Source: an uncultured Actinomycetes bacterium
GTDB taxonomy: Bacteria; Actinomycetota; Thermoleophilia; RBG-16-64-13
Direction of reading: 5' to 3'
Length of the DNA: 64,000 nt
NCBI GenBank assembly: GCA_963841735.1
Contig: CAWJDT010000005.1
Span: forward strand, 96,001 to 160,000
The notes below the pieces were generated by a model, which saw nothing but the letters and a program-made list of their open reading frames with translations, ran no database searches and was not told where the DNA came from. The translations under genes and the position numbers were made by a program. Shown here piece by piece: positions 23,918-32,963 of the stretch. Position 1 is the stretch's first letter; the number at the start of each line of letters is the position of its first letter.

Positions 23918-26511
23918 TCACCTCCCATGAGGCAGGCCTCTAGACCGGGACCGGCACAGGGATGGAACGGCCGTTCAAAGGCTTCTGGATACTTGCGCTT
24001 GAGTGCCTCCAAGTCGGTCTTCTCGACTTCCGCCAGGAAGCCACTGACCGCGTGGCCCACGGCGTTCTTGGAGGTGGTGTGCCGCGGGACGATGGTGTTG
24101 ATGGCCCCGCCCCGGTCGATGACTCCGGGCTCGATGGGGTCCCACTTGGCCCCGTGGTCTATGTAGATGACTCCGGGCATGATGCGCTCGGTGACGTACG
24201 CGCCGCCCAGAACGGTGCCCCGCTCGTTGAAGATCGAGACCACGTCACCGTGCTTGATGTCGCGCTTCTCGGCTTCTGAGGGATGCAACCACACGGGCTG
24301 GTACATGTACCCGTCGGGGCCGGTGATCTTGCAGGTGGCGATCTCGCGCAACCAGGTGACGTCCTCGTGTTGCGAGTGGACGCTCCACCGCGGATGATTG
24401 GAGCACACCAGCATCGTGTACTTCTTGGACCGCTCGGTGCCGATCGTCTCTTCGTGGCTGATGCCTTGGGCTATCCACTTGGGCACCGCGGGCCGTTCCA
24501 GGTCGTTGGGGAAGTTCTTCTTGAGACCGGTGGACTCGAACTCCAGCAACCCGGTAGGCGTGGTCAGGGGATTCGCCTTTGGATCCTCGTAGAACCGCTG
24601 GAAGCCGGCCGGTTCGTTCTCCCAACCATCGGCGGTGGGGATCACGAGGTAGCCCTTCTCGTTGAGCTCTTCCCAGCTGATGAGGTCCGCGCAGCGGGAA
24701 GTCTCCCAGCCGTACTTGATGAGCTCGGGGATGGATTTGCCGTGCGTGTACTCCTCCAACAGACCAAGCTTGTCGGCCAGCTTGCAGACGATCTCGTAGT
24801 CGCTGAACGACTCACCCAGAGGCTCGATGCACTTGTGCTCGGGGAAGAGCAGGTTGTACTGGCCGCTGAAGATGTCGGCGGCGATGTCGTCTTCCTCGAG
24901 CTTGGTGTTCACCGGCAGGATGATATCGGCCAGCAGCGTGTCGTTCTCCAGCCACGGATGCTGGGCCCACATGAACTCGATGTCGGGATGCTGCATGGCC
25001 CGCACATAGTCGTTGCCGGCGTTCCAGCAGGTGATCCACGACGGCGAGTCGGTCCAGACCGCGTGGATCTTGGAGCAACCCTCTGCCGGATAGGAGCGGT
25101 GGACAAACTGGTCTTCACGCGGAGCGGTCTCCGATTCGCAACCCCACCAGTCGCACTTGCCCTCCAGGATGGCCTTGGGCACGAACGTCTTGGGTAGCGA
25201 AGGATGGTTGAGGTCCGACGGGTGCCCGCCCGTGTAGGCCGTGCGCAGGTTGGGCACGCGGAACGACTTGGGCTGAGCGTACTGATCGGGGAAGTCGAAG
25301 AGGCCCCACTCGATCATCTTGACCTGGTTGATGCCCGGTTTCCCCAGGCCTTGCATGGCCAAGCAGATATTCTGTAGCCGAGCGGCCTCGGTTGCGTATG
25401 GGCCGCGGATGCCGGGGCCCCCGTTGCCTATAACCACGCTGGTGCGCTTGGACGCCCACTCTTTCGCGAGGGCCTTTATGACCCGAGCCGACACCCCGCA
25501 GATGGGAGAAGCCCATTCCGGGGACTTGGGCACGCCGTCTTCGTCACCGACCACGTAGGCCTCGTAGGCCTCCACCCCTACCGCGTGGCTCTTGAGATAT
25601 TCCTTGTCATAGGTGCCGTCCTTGAACCACACGTACGTGATGGCCAGATATAGCGCTGCATCGGTGTTGGGAAGCACGGGGATCCAGCGGTCGCCGTGCA
25701 CCGCTGCCGCGTAGTTGACATCCGGGCACACATAGATCTGCTTGATGCCGAGTTCGGTGTACCAGTAGGAGAGCCGGCTGGGCAACTGACCCTGCCAGCC
25801 CCACGGGGTAGTCTCCTGATCGCATCCCCAGAACAGCAGCAGTTCGCAGTTCTTGGCCACATCGTAGAGCAGGTTGCTCTGCTTGCCCTGGCCTACCGGT
25901 TCGCAACCCCAGAAGTGCTTGCTGCCCCACCACCAGCCTTCCCAGCTGTCTGGCTGCCTGATCTGGAGGGTATAGCCGCCCCATAGCGGCAGCAGCTTGC
26001 GGCCGGCGCCGTGACAGGCCTGTACCACCTTGTTCTCACCGTGTTGGTCGCACTGATAGAGAAGGGCCGTAGGGCCGTACTTCTCCTTGATGCGGTCCAT
26101 CTCGCTGACGATGGTGTCGAGCGCCTCATCCCAGGAGATGCGGACATATTTGCTCTTGCCGCGGTTCTGTGGATTGCGCTCGCCGTTGGGATCCCAGTCG
26201 ACCCTCTTCATGGGGTAACGGATGCGGGCCGGCGAATAGACCCTCTTCTTATACGCGATGGAGTACGGTGGGATGAGGGTCTTCATGCTGGGCTCGAAGG
26301 TGCTCCCCCGGACTACCATCTTCCAGGGGTTCATGTGCTTCACGGGATCGTACTTCCAGTCGTAGTGCATCGGGCGGATACGGATGATCTTGCCATCCTT
26401 GACATCCACCATCGACGCGTTCGAGCCGTTTTCAGGAACCCCGCAGAAGCTGATGTCCCGCACCAGCGTCTTCTCACCCGACTTACCCTTCGGGGCTCGG
26501 TCCTCAGCCAT
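23914..26511 (-). CDS. Mo-bisPGD oxidoreductase, pyrogallol transhydroxylase-like paralogue (cytoplasmic)
   Basis: DGKIIRIRP, RIRYPMKRVDWDPNGERNPQNRG, PDSWEGW, ADIILP, HPRWSVHSQ; GGAGG RBS before ATG 26511; no Tat signal. Confidence 0.9.
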   Translation of the reverse strand: MAEDRAPKGKSGEKTLVRDISFCGVPENGSNASMVDVKDGKIIRIRPMHYDWKYDPVKHMNPWKMVVRGSTFEPSMKTLIPPYSIAYKKRVYSPARIRYPMKRVDWDPNGERNPQNRGKSKYVRISWDEALDTIVSEMDRIKEKYGPTALLYQCDQHGENKVVQACHGAGRKLLPLWGGYTLQIRQPDSWEGWWWGSKHFWGCEPVGQGKQSNLLYDVAKNCELLLFWGCDQETTPWGWQGQLPSRLSYWYTELGIKQIYVCPDVNYAAAVHGDRWIPVLPNTDAALYLAITYVWFKDGTYDKEYLKSHAVGVEAYEAYVVGDEDGVPKSPEWASPICGVSARVIKALAKEWASKRTSVVIGNGGPGIRGPYATEAARLQNICLAMQGLGKPGINQVKMIEWGLFDFPDQYAQPKSFRVPNLRTAYTGGHPSDLNHPSLPKTFVPKAILEGKCDWWGCESETAPREDQFVHRSYPAEGCSKIHAVWTDSPSWITCWNAGNDYVRAMQHPDIEFMWAQHPWLENDTLLADIILPVNTKLEEDDIAADIFSGQYNLLFPEHKCIEPLGESFSDYEIVCKLADKLGLLEEYTHGKSIPELIKYGWETSRCADLISWEELNEKGYLVIPTADGWENEPAGFQRFYEDPKANPLTTPTGLLEFESTGLKKNFPNDLERPAVPKWIAQGISHEETIGTERSKKYTMLVCSNHPRWSVHSQHEDVTWLREIATCKITGPDGYMYQPVWLHPSEAEKRDIKHGDVVSIFNERGTVLGGAYVTERIMPGVIYIDHGAKWDPIEPGVIDRGGAINTIVPRHTTSKNAVGHAVSGFLAEVEKTDLEALKRKYPEAFERPFHPCAGPGLEACLMGGE

Positions 26512-26535
26512 CCTGCCTCCTTCGCGCTCTGCCGA

Positions 26536-26564
26536 TATTCCGTGGTACGGAATAGCTATTCCGT
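26536..26564. promoter_or_regulatory. Operator made of three TATTCCGT half-sites (likely IclR box)
   Basis: TATTCCGT-GGT-ACGGAATA-GC-TATTCCGT: two overlapping inverted repeats with perfect arms, 25-53 nt upstream of the Mo-enzyme start. Confidence 0.65.
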
Positions 26565-26634
26565 TAGCCCTATAGCCCACACTATCCCACCACCCCGATC
26601 ACGCGTCAACCGTCAGCAAGCTATCGGCGACCTC

Positions 26635-27453
26635 CTAGCGACCCCTTTCCCCCAGGTACTTCGTAAGTTCGGCCGCCGCGCTCCTCAACGCCTCCGCCTT
26701 TTGCTTCCTCACCCGCGGGCCGAAGCGTTCGGCGGGAGCTACCACGGTGACCACGCCCTTCAAACTGCCGTCTCGCTCGAACACAGGCGCCGATACGGCG
26801 CACACTCCCCTGTCCTGCTCTTCAACATCCCAGGCCAGTCCCTCTTGTCGCTCGGCGGCCATGCGAAGGATGACCTCTTCGGGATCGGCTACCTGGTTTG
26901 ACGTTGGCGCGTGCTGGGCCGAGCGCACGATCTTCATTTGTTCGGAGACAGGTCTGAAGGCCGTGTGTAGGCGGAAGGACGAGTTGGATATGCTGCTCAG
27001 CATGCGGCCGGTAGGACGATTCAGCCGGAACGGGTGAGCGGTGGCGACCTCGTCGACCACGACGGCGCCTTCGGCACTGCCCACAGTGAACTCCACGGTC
27101 TCACCAGTAGTCTCGGCCAATCGCTCGAGGAACGGGTGTACGGGGCGGACGAAACCTACATAGGACATGGCGAGATAGGCTCCCGGGATAGTCGCTCCAC
27201 CCAGGTGGTACCGCTCGACGCCGGGATCGTAAACCAGATAGTTCCTGGCCTCAAGAGTCCTTACCATGCGATACACCGTGGTCTTGGACATGCCCGTACA
27301 TTCGCAGATCTCGTTCAGACCCCACTCGGGGTGTTCAATGTCGAACAAAGCCAGGATGGTGAGTCCGCGCGAAAGAGCCCGGACGAAGAACTCACTGTCT
27401 TCGTCCGCCAGTCCTTCGACAGATAACCTTTGCCGCCCTCCGGCCCTTGCCAT
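26635..27453 (-). CDS. IclR-family transcriptional regulator
   Basis: FVRALSRGLTILALF..GMSKTTVYRMVRTL, TGETV, GVCAVSAPVF. Confidence 0.92.
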   Translation of the reverse strand: MARAGGRQRLSVEGLADEDSEFFVRALSRGLTILALFDIEHPEWGLNEICECTGMSKTTVYRMVRTLEARNYLVYDPGVERYHLGGATIPGAYLAMSYVGFVRPVHPFLERLAETTGETVEFTVGSAEGAVVVDEVATAHPFRLNRPTGRMLSSISNSSFRLHTAFRPVSEQMKIVRSAQHAPTSNQVADPEEVILRMAAERQEGLAWDVEEQDRGVCAVSAPVFERDGSLKGVVTVVAPAERFGPRVRKQKAEALRSAAAELTKYLGERGR

Positions 27454-27498
27454 CTGCTCTCCCCGATCGGTCAGCCGGATGCGGTCTTCAGCGAAAAG

Positions 27499-28338
27499 CT
27501 AGGCCTTTTCGAGAACGACAAGGCCAAGATTCAGGCTTTTGTCCAGCTTCGCCTTGCCCGAATAGGGCTCATATCCGTCTGCTTCGATGACGACCTCGTA
27601 CTCGTTGCCCGGCTCCAGCCGGTCCACCGCAAACTCGCCGTAGTTGTTCACCACTGCTTCGCCCACCCTGGTCCCGCCGGCGCTCACCGTCACCTTGGCG
27701 CCGTCGGCGCATTCGTCGGTGTCCTTGAAGACAACGCTGGCAGAAACAAAAGCCTTGTCCCAGCGGTAAAGATTCTTGTACAAAACACGAGGCCTGGTGC
27801 CTAGTTCGGGCTTGTAGGCCTCCAGGCCCTCAGTGGCCACCCGCTCCGCCATCTCGACGTCGTCGGCCAGGACGAATGTCAGGGCTCCGGTAGGACACAC
27901 CTGTGAGCACCGAGTCTCTGCCCAACCATCGTCGAGCAGATGCGCGCAGCCCGTGCATTTCTGAGCGACTTGGGCTTGCTCGTTCCAGTAGATGGCGCCG
28001 TACGGACAGGTGTCGACGATCTCGGGATAGCCTTTGGCCTTCACCGGATCGATGATCACCAAGCCGTCTTCCCGCTTGTAGACCGCGCCGCTGGGCGATT
28101 CCTTGATACAGGGAGCGTCATCGCAATGCATGCAGGGCATCGGCAGATAGGCCACCTGCACAATCGGGTATTGCCCCCGCTCCTTGCGCTCGATGTTCAG
28201 CCAGCGGTGACCAGACCAAGGCTGGGCCACCGAGTAGGGAAGGAAATCGTTCTCGACGAACTCATCCTTGTCTGCCAAAAAACAGTCGTTGCAGTCGTGA
28301 CACAGGGCCACATCGACCACCAGATTCCACTTCTTCAT
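27499..28338 (-). CDS. Fe-S beta subunit, transhydroxylase BthL-like (copy 2, no adjacent alpha subunit)
   Basis: CHDCNDCFLADKDEF, PCMHCDDAPC, CPYGAIYWN, CTGCAH..CSQVCP, NNYGEF. Confidence 0.88.
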   Translation of the reverse strand: MKKWNLVVDVALCHDCNDCFLADKDEFVENDFLPYSVAQPWSGHRWLNIERKERGQYPIVQVAYLPMPCMHCDDAPCIKESPSGAVYKREDGLVIIDPVKAKGYPEIVDTCPYGAIYWNEQAQVAQKCTGCAHLLDDGWAETRCSQVCPTGALTFVLADDVEMAERVATEGLEAYKPELGTRPRVLYKNLYRWDKAFVSASVVFKDTDECADGAKVTVSAGGTRVGEAVVNNYGEFAVDRLEPGNEYEVVIEADGYEPYSGKAKLDKSLNLGLVVLEKA

Positions 28339-28383
28339 TTGGTCTCTCCCTCCCTTTTGTCGGGCGCCATGATGCTAACACTT

Positions 28384-28941
28384 CTAGCCGAGCGCCAAAG
28401 CCTTGCCCGCCTCATACGCGCGGATCAGGAGGTCCCTGTTGCGTTCTGCGCTCTCCGGGTCGTTTGCGTCGGTGCAGACGATGTTCTCCATCAGCTCGAA
28501 GCCCAGCGACGGGAACATTGCCGCGGTGTACTCGAAATAGGAGTCGAACAGGTGTGGATCGTCCATGCCTTGCGAGTACACGGTGACGATTTTCTTCGTC
28601 CCAAAGCGCGGCCTGGCCTGCGCATCCATCAACGGTAGGAAGCGGTCATATAGATTCTTGACAGGCCCGGTCATCTGCATCATGTAGATAGGCGAGCCGA
28701 TCACAACAGCATCGGCGGTCTTCACTTTCTGCAAGGCCTGGTTCAGCTCATCTTGAATGGCACACGCTTCCTTGGCCCGGCAGGCAAAACAGCTTTGGCA
28801 GGCCATGAACTTCATCTTGAAGAGCGTGTAGAAGTGGACCTCGGCTCCGTTGTCACGAGCGCCTTTGGCGATGTGGTTCAGTAGCGTGGAGGTGTTCCCG
28901 TCCATGCGGGGGCTTCCGTTGAAAATGACGATCTCTTTCAA
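28384..28941 (-). CDS. Iron-sulfur flavoprotein / flavodoxin-family protein
   Basis: NGSPRMDGNT, CxxCxxCx5C (CQSCFACRAKEAC), GSPIY. Confidence 0.85.
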   Translation of the reverse strand: MKEIVIFNGSPRMDGNTSTLLNHIAKGARDNGAEVHFYTLFKMKFMACQSCFACRAKEACAIQDELNQALQKVKTADAVVIGSPIYMMQMTGPVKNLYDRFLPLMDAQARPRFGTKKIVTVYSQGMDDPHLFDSYFEYTAAMFPSLGFELMENIVCTDANDPESAERNRDLLIRAYEAGKALALG

Positions 28942-28986
28942 TTATCTGCTTTCCTTCCAGGCATCCGCGAACCCGAACGCGAAAAC

Positions 28987-29019
28987 AAGGGAGGGCTTCG
29001 ATATTCAAAGCCCTCCCTT
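28987..29019 (-). terminator. Rho-independent terminator after bthL
   Basis: AAGGGAGGGCTT / AAGCCCTCCCTT 12-bp stem followed on the minus strand by GTTTT. Confidence 0.75.
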
Positions 29020-29044
29020 CGTCGTCACGTCCCGATGAACGATG

Positions 29045-29926
29045 CTACAACTTGATGAAGCCCAGGTTCATAGACTCGTCTTTGAGCGACACTTTGGTGT
29101 AGTACTTCTTCCCCGCCGCGTCCACTTCGAGACTGTATTCGCCGTTCTCCAGACCATCGAACTTGAACTCGCCGAAGCAGTTGGTCGATCGAGTGGCCAA
29201 GATCGAGGTGTCCTTGCAGTTGGCCACGCCGGCGCCTGACAAGTTACAGGCGATGCCGCCTTCTTCGGAGTGAAGCGTCACGGTTGCGTTCTCGAAGCAA
29301 TCACCATCGACCAGCACACCAGCCGTAATGAAATTCTTCGTGAACTTGTGCAGGTTCTTGTAGAGCGTGGTCGGCTTTGTGCCCAGCTCGGCCAGGTATG
29401 CCTCCAGGCCCTCCTCGGCGATCATCTTCTCCATCTCGGCCGGCTCGACGAAGTAGGTCTTCATGGCGTCGGTCGGGCAGATGTGCGCGCACCGAGTGGT
29501 ATGCGGTTTCCAGGTGGGATCGTCCAGCAGATGCGCACAGAAGATGCACTTCTGCGGCACGTTCGCCTCTTCGTTCCACCAGATGGCGCCGTAGGGGCAG
29601 GAGTCGAGCAGGGCCTTGTTGCCCTTGGCCTTCTGCATGTCGATCATCACGATGCCGTCGTCGCGCCGGGTGACCGCACCCTTGCCGGCGTCGATGCAGG
29701 GCGCGTTCTGGCAGTGCTGGCACGGCACCGGCAGATAGGCCACGTCGTTTCTGGCGTACTGCCCGCGCTCGCGGCGAAGGATATCCACCCAACGGTGCCC
29801 ATGGCGGGGCTGGGCGGCCGTGTAGCCGGGCCAATCGTTGCCGACGAACTCATCCTTGTCGGCCATAAAGCAGTTGTTGCAGTCGTGGCACAGCACCACA
29901 TCTATAACCTTATACCATTGCTTCAT
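29045..29926 (-). CDS. bthL: Pyrogallol hydroxytransferase (transhydroxylase) small subunit
   Basis: CHDCNNCFMADKDE, PCQHCQNAPC, CPYGAIWWNEE, CIFCAH..CAHICP, TNCFGEFKFD; directly downstream of athL. Confidence 0.85.
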   Translation of the reverse strand: MKQWYKVIDVVLCHDCNNCFMADKDEFVGNDWPGYTAAQPRHGHRWVDILRRERGQYARNDVAYLPVPCQHCQNAPCIDAGKGAVTRRDDGIVMIDMQKAKGNKALLDSCPYGAIWWNEEANVPQKCIFCAHLLDDPTWKPHTTRCAHICPTDAMKTYFVEPAEMEKMIAEEGLEAYLAELGTKPTTLYKNLHKFTKNFITAGVLVDGDCFENATVTLHSEEGGIACNLSGAGVANCKDTSILATRSTNCFGEFKFDGLENGEYSLEVDAAGKKYYTKVSLKDESMNLGFIKL

Positions 29927-29973
29927 TTTGCAGGCTCCTTATCTGTCAAATGAGATGAATCGAATCCTCTCGA

Positions 29974-32574
29974 TCACTGAACCTCGTAGATTCCACCGTC
30001 CCATTTCTCGACTTCTATCTGGGCGGAGTTAGGAGCCATGCCGCTGGAGTACTTGGACATATAGCGGTCAGGCGAAAGGATGTTCATGCACCCGCCGCGA
30101 TCGGCCGACTTGCCGGGAGTGCCCAGCGGGTTGTACTCGGCGCACGATTCGTACGTGTGCACCGTGCCGGGCTGCGTGCGCTCACCGATCTGGGCGCACA
30201 CGATGACGGAGCCGCGATCATTGTAGGCGCGAACCAAGTCGCCGGCCTTGATACCGCGGGCGGCAGCGTCGACACTGTTGATCCGGATGATCCAGTAGTA
30301 GTGTCCGTCCACCAGGATCCTGTGGTCCTTTATATCGTTCATGAAGCTGTCCTTGCCGTCACCCATGGTGTGAAAGGAGAACCGTGGATGCGGGGCCAGC
30401 ATGCCCAGGGGGTACTTCTTCGCAAGCTCGCAGCGCGGGCCTTCCCAAGCGGGCACATAGCTATGCATGGCCGGCCGGTGCTCGTCGACAAACCCCTGCT
30501 CCTCGAAGTTCTTGATGCTGGTGGCGATGAACTCCACCTTGCCGGTGCTCGTCTGCAGGCCTTTGCGACCCACCTGGTTGTTCAGACGCGGGCCCCAGTC
30601 GGGAGTGTCTTTCTCGCGGTCTTCGGCGAACCAGCGGAGGGCCGGCGTCTTCTTGCGCTTCGTGTTGTCGGGCACGATGAAGTAGCCCTTCTCCTTGAAC
30701 TGCGCGAAGGTCAGGTGCTTCGGCATGTCGGTGGCGTTGTAGTACTGCTCCACCCACTCAAGGTCGGTCTTGCCCTCCGAGAACATGGGCCCGATACCCA
30801 GTTTGTCCGCGATCATGCAGTAGATGTCGTAGTCCGACTTGGAGTCGCCCACCGGCTCGATGCACTTGGCCTGAAGCGAGATGACGCGATGGTTGCACTG
30901 CCCGTAGGTGTCGGGGATGTACCCAGAGCAGTTGGCGAACTCCGATATGTCCCAGCGCTCGAAGTTGGTGCAGGCCGGAAGGATAAGGTCGGCGAACTGG
31001 ACCTCACCCTCGAACCAGATGGACTGGCTTACGACGAACTCCAAGCTCGGGTGCGTGTACATCTGAGCGTAGCGGTTGGTGGCGGTCATGGTGCCGATCC
31101 AGGGACCACCGTACTTCCAAAGCATCTTGATCTTGGGATAGCCGGGAGCCGGGTACTGGTACTGATGCATCTGATGCGGGATGTCGCCGCCGCAGAAGCC
31201 CTTGCCCGACCACTCGAACTTGCCGTCCATGATGCATTCGGGCACCTTCAGGCGCGGAATGTGCTGACCGGCGGACGTGTTGATGTTGGAGGGCGACGGG
31301 AAGGTGGTCTTGCCGTCGAACATGCGCCAAGCGAACTTGAAACCCGCCGCCGAGTTCTCGCAGTCGCCGGAGATGCCGCCCTCGGCGTAGCCCGGGAAGT
31401 AGAAGTCGTAGTCAACAGGCGTACCCTGGGTGGTCGAGTAGATGTTGGAGCCCGGCTTGCCCATGCCCTGCATGGTGGCAAGCGCGATCATGCCGCGGGC
31501 CCATTCGATGCCGTGAGACGCCCGGCAGGCTCCACCCCAACCGCCAAGTCCGCCGGCAGCCAGCATGGTCTTCTTCTTGGCCCACTGACGGGCCAGAGCG
31601 CGGATCTCGCAGGCCGGTACGCCGGATTCGGCCTCGGCCCATTCGCACGTCTTGGGGACTCCGTCGGTCTTGCCAAGTACATACTCCGCCCACTCTTCAA
31701 AGCCGTGGGCGTGGGTGGCCACGTACTCCTTGTCATAGGTGCCCTCGCTCAGCCATGTGTACGCGATGGCGAAGGAGAGCGCGTGGTCGGTGCCGATCTT
31801 GGGCGACAGCCACTTGTCGCCGATGAGACCAGCCGTGTGGTTGTAGAACGGATCGATGAAGACCATCTCGATGCCCAGGTCCTTCATCCAAAAACGGCGA
31901 GGCGTGGACTCATGGGCCGCGTAGATGCCGGTGTTAACTTCGGGGTCAGACGACCAGAACACGATCATCTCAGTGTTCTGTAGGGTATCCTCAAGCAGGT
32001 CATACTGCTCGGGGTTGCCTAGACGCCAGCTGAAGCCCCACATGTGCATGCCGCCCCAGTGCCAGCCCTCCCAGCTGTCTGGGTTGTGGTCGGCATAGGT
32101 GAATCCCATCATGTTCATGAAGCGGAAATACGTGCTGTGCCTATAGCCTACGTTGCCCCACATGTGATGCGAACTCGGCGAGGAGAGGATGGCCGCGGGA
32201 CCGGACTCTCGCTTGACCCGATTGATCTCGTTCACCAGGAGATCCGTGGCCTCATCCCAGGAGATCTGCTCGTAACCGGAGACGCCCCTGTTCTGGATGT
32301 TGCGCTCGCCGTCGGGGTCGAAGTCCACGCGCTTCATGGGGTACGGGATGCGTTTGTCGGAGTAGATCATTGACTTGAATCCGGCCGTGTAAACCGAGAC
32401 GCTGGTCTTGCGCGGAGGCGCGAAGGTCCGGCCCCGGGCCTCGATCTTCCAAGACGGCGCATCCACCGCATCGTCCAGGTCCATCGGGGTCATTCTTATG
32501 ATCTTGCCGTCTTGAACGTAGACGAAGACCGGGCCGCCGGTTGATGAATTTGTCAGGCGGACTACTTTGCCCAT
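29974..32574 (-). CDS. athL: Pyrogallol hydroxytransferase (pyrogallol-phloroglucinol transhydroxylase) large Mo subunit
   Basis: Long stretches match Pelobacter acidigallici AthL as recalled (RLTNSSTGGPVFVYV, SSHHMWGNVGYRHSTYFRFMNMMGFTYADHNPDSWEGWHWGGMHMWG, FYFPGYAEGG, EFANCSGYIPD). Confidence 0.93.
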   Translation of the reverse strand: MGKVVRLTNSSTGGPVFVYVQDGKIIRMTPMDLDDAVDAPSWKIEARGRTFAPPRKTSVSVYTAGFKSMIYSDKRIPYPMKRVDFDPDGERNIQNRGVSGYEQISWDEATDLLVNEINRVKRESGPAAILSSPSSHHMWGNVGYRHSTYFRFMNMMGFTYADHNPDSWEGWHWGGMHMWGFSWRLGNPEQYDLLEDTLQNTEMIVFWSSDPEVNTGIYAAHESTPRRFWMKDLGIEMVFIDPFYNHTAGLIGDKWLSPKIGTDHALSFAIAYTWLSEGTYDKEYVATHAHGFEEWAEYVLGKTDGVPKTCEWAEAESGVPACEIRALARQWAKKKTMLAAGGLGGWGGACRASHGIEWARGMIALATMQGMGKPGSNIYSTTQGTPVDYDFYFPGYAEGGISGDCENSAAGFKFAWRMFDGKTTFPSPSNINTSAGQHIPRLKVPECIMDGKFEWSGKGFCGGDIPHQMHQYQYPAPGYPKIKMLWKYGGPWIGTMTATNRYAQMYTHPSLEFVVSQSIWFEGEVQFADLILPACTNFERWDISEFANCSGYIPDTYGQCNHRVISLQAKCIEPVGDSKSDYDIYCMIADKLGIGPMFSEGKTDLEWVEQYYNATDMPKHLTFAQFKEKGYFIVPDNTKRKKTPALRWFAEDREKDTPDWGPRLNNQVGRKGLQTSTGKVEFIATSIKNFEEQGFVDEHRPAMHSYVPAWEGPRCELAKKYPLGMLAPHPRFSFHTMGDGKDSFMNDIKDHRILVDGHYYWIIRINSVDAAARGIKAGDLVRAYNDRGSVIVCAQIGERTQPGTVHTYESCAEYNPLGTPGKSADRGGCMNILSPDRYMSKYSSGMAPNSAQIEVEKWDGGIYEVQ

Positions 32575-32875
32575 CTTGCCATCTCCTTGTTCTTTGCAGG
32601 CCTTGAACCCGCTGTCCCAACTGACTGACTACCTGGAGCTGCCTTCTTCCCCCGTGCCCCATAACCTCCGGTCGTCCGAGTGATCGTGGACTCTCTCATT
32701 CTACGACCACTGCATCAATAATCTACGCCGCGCCTCGCGCTGGGTAACGCCGCGTCTGCCCCTTTGACCACGGAATCCCACACTCCGGAACATGTCTCCG
32801 CAAAACAGCACATACCCCTCAGGACGAAATCTCTATCGGATCAGGGCCCAGTGCAACGACGCGCGCCCGGAAACA

Positions 32876-32909
32876 GTGGCCCCCGCCGGCAAATGCCGCC
32901 GGGGGCCAC
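32876..32909 (-). terminator. Rho-independent terminator after the cyclase gene
   Basis: GTGGCCCCC..GGGGGCCAC stem followed on the minus strand by TGTTT. Confidence 0.65.
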
Positions 32910-32963
32910 GCCACTCTCCGTGCCCGGCCAATCCCCTCCGAGCAAAACCGGACCGCCTGTCAC

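Noticed and set aside
32575-32870. Moco riboswitch upstream of athL
   Set aside because: Could not identify the conserved Moco/Tuco motif elements by eye; an Rfam scan would settle it
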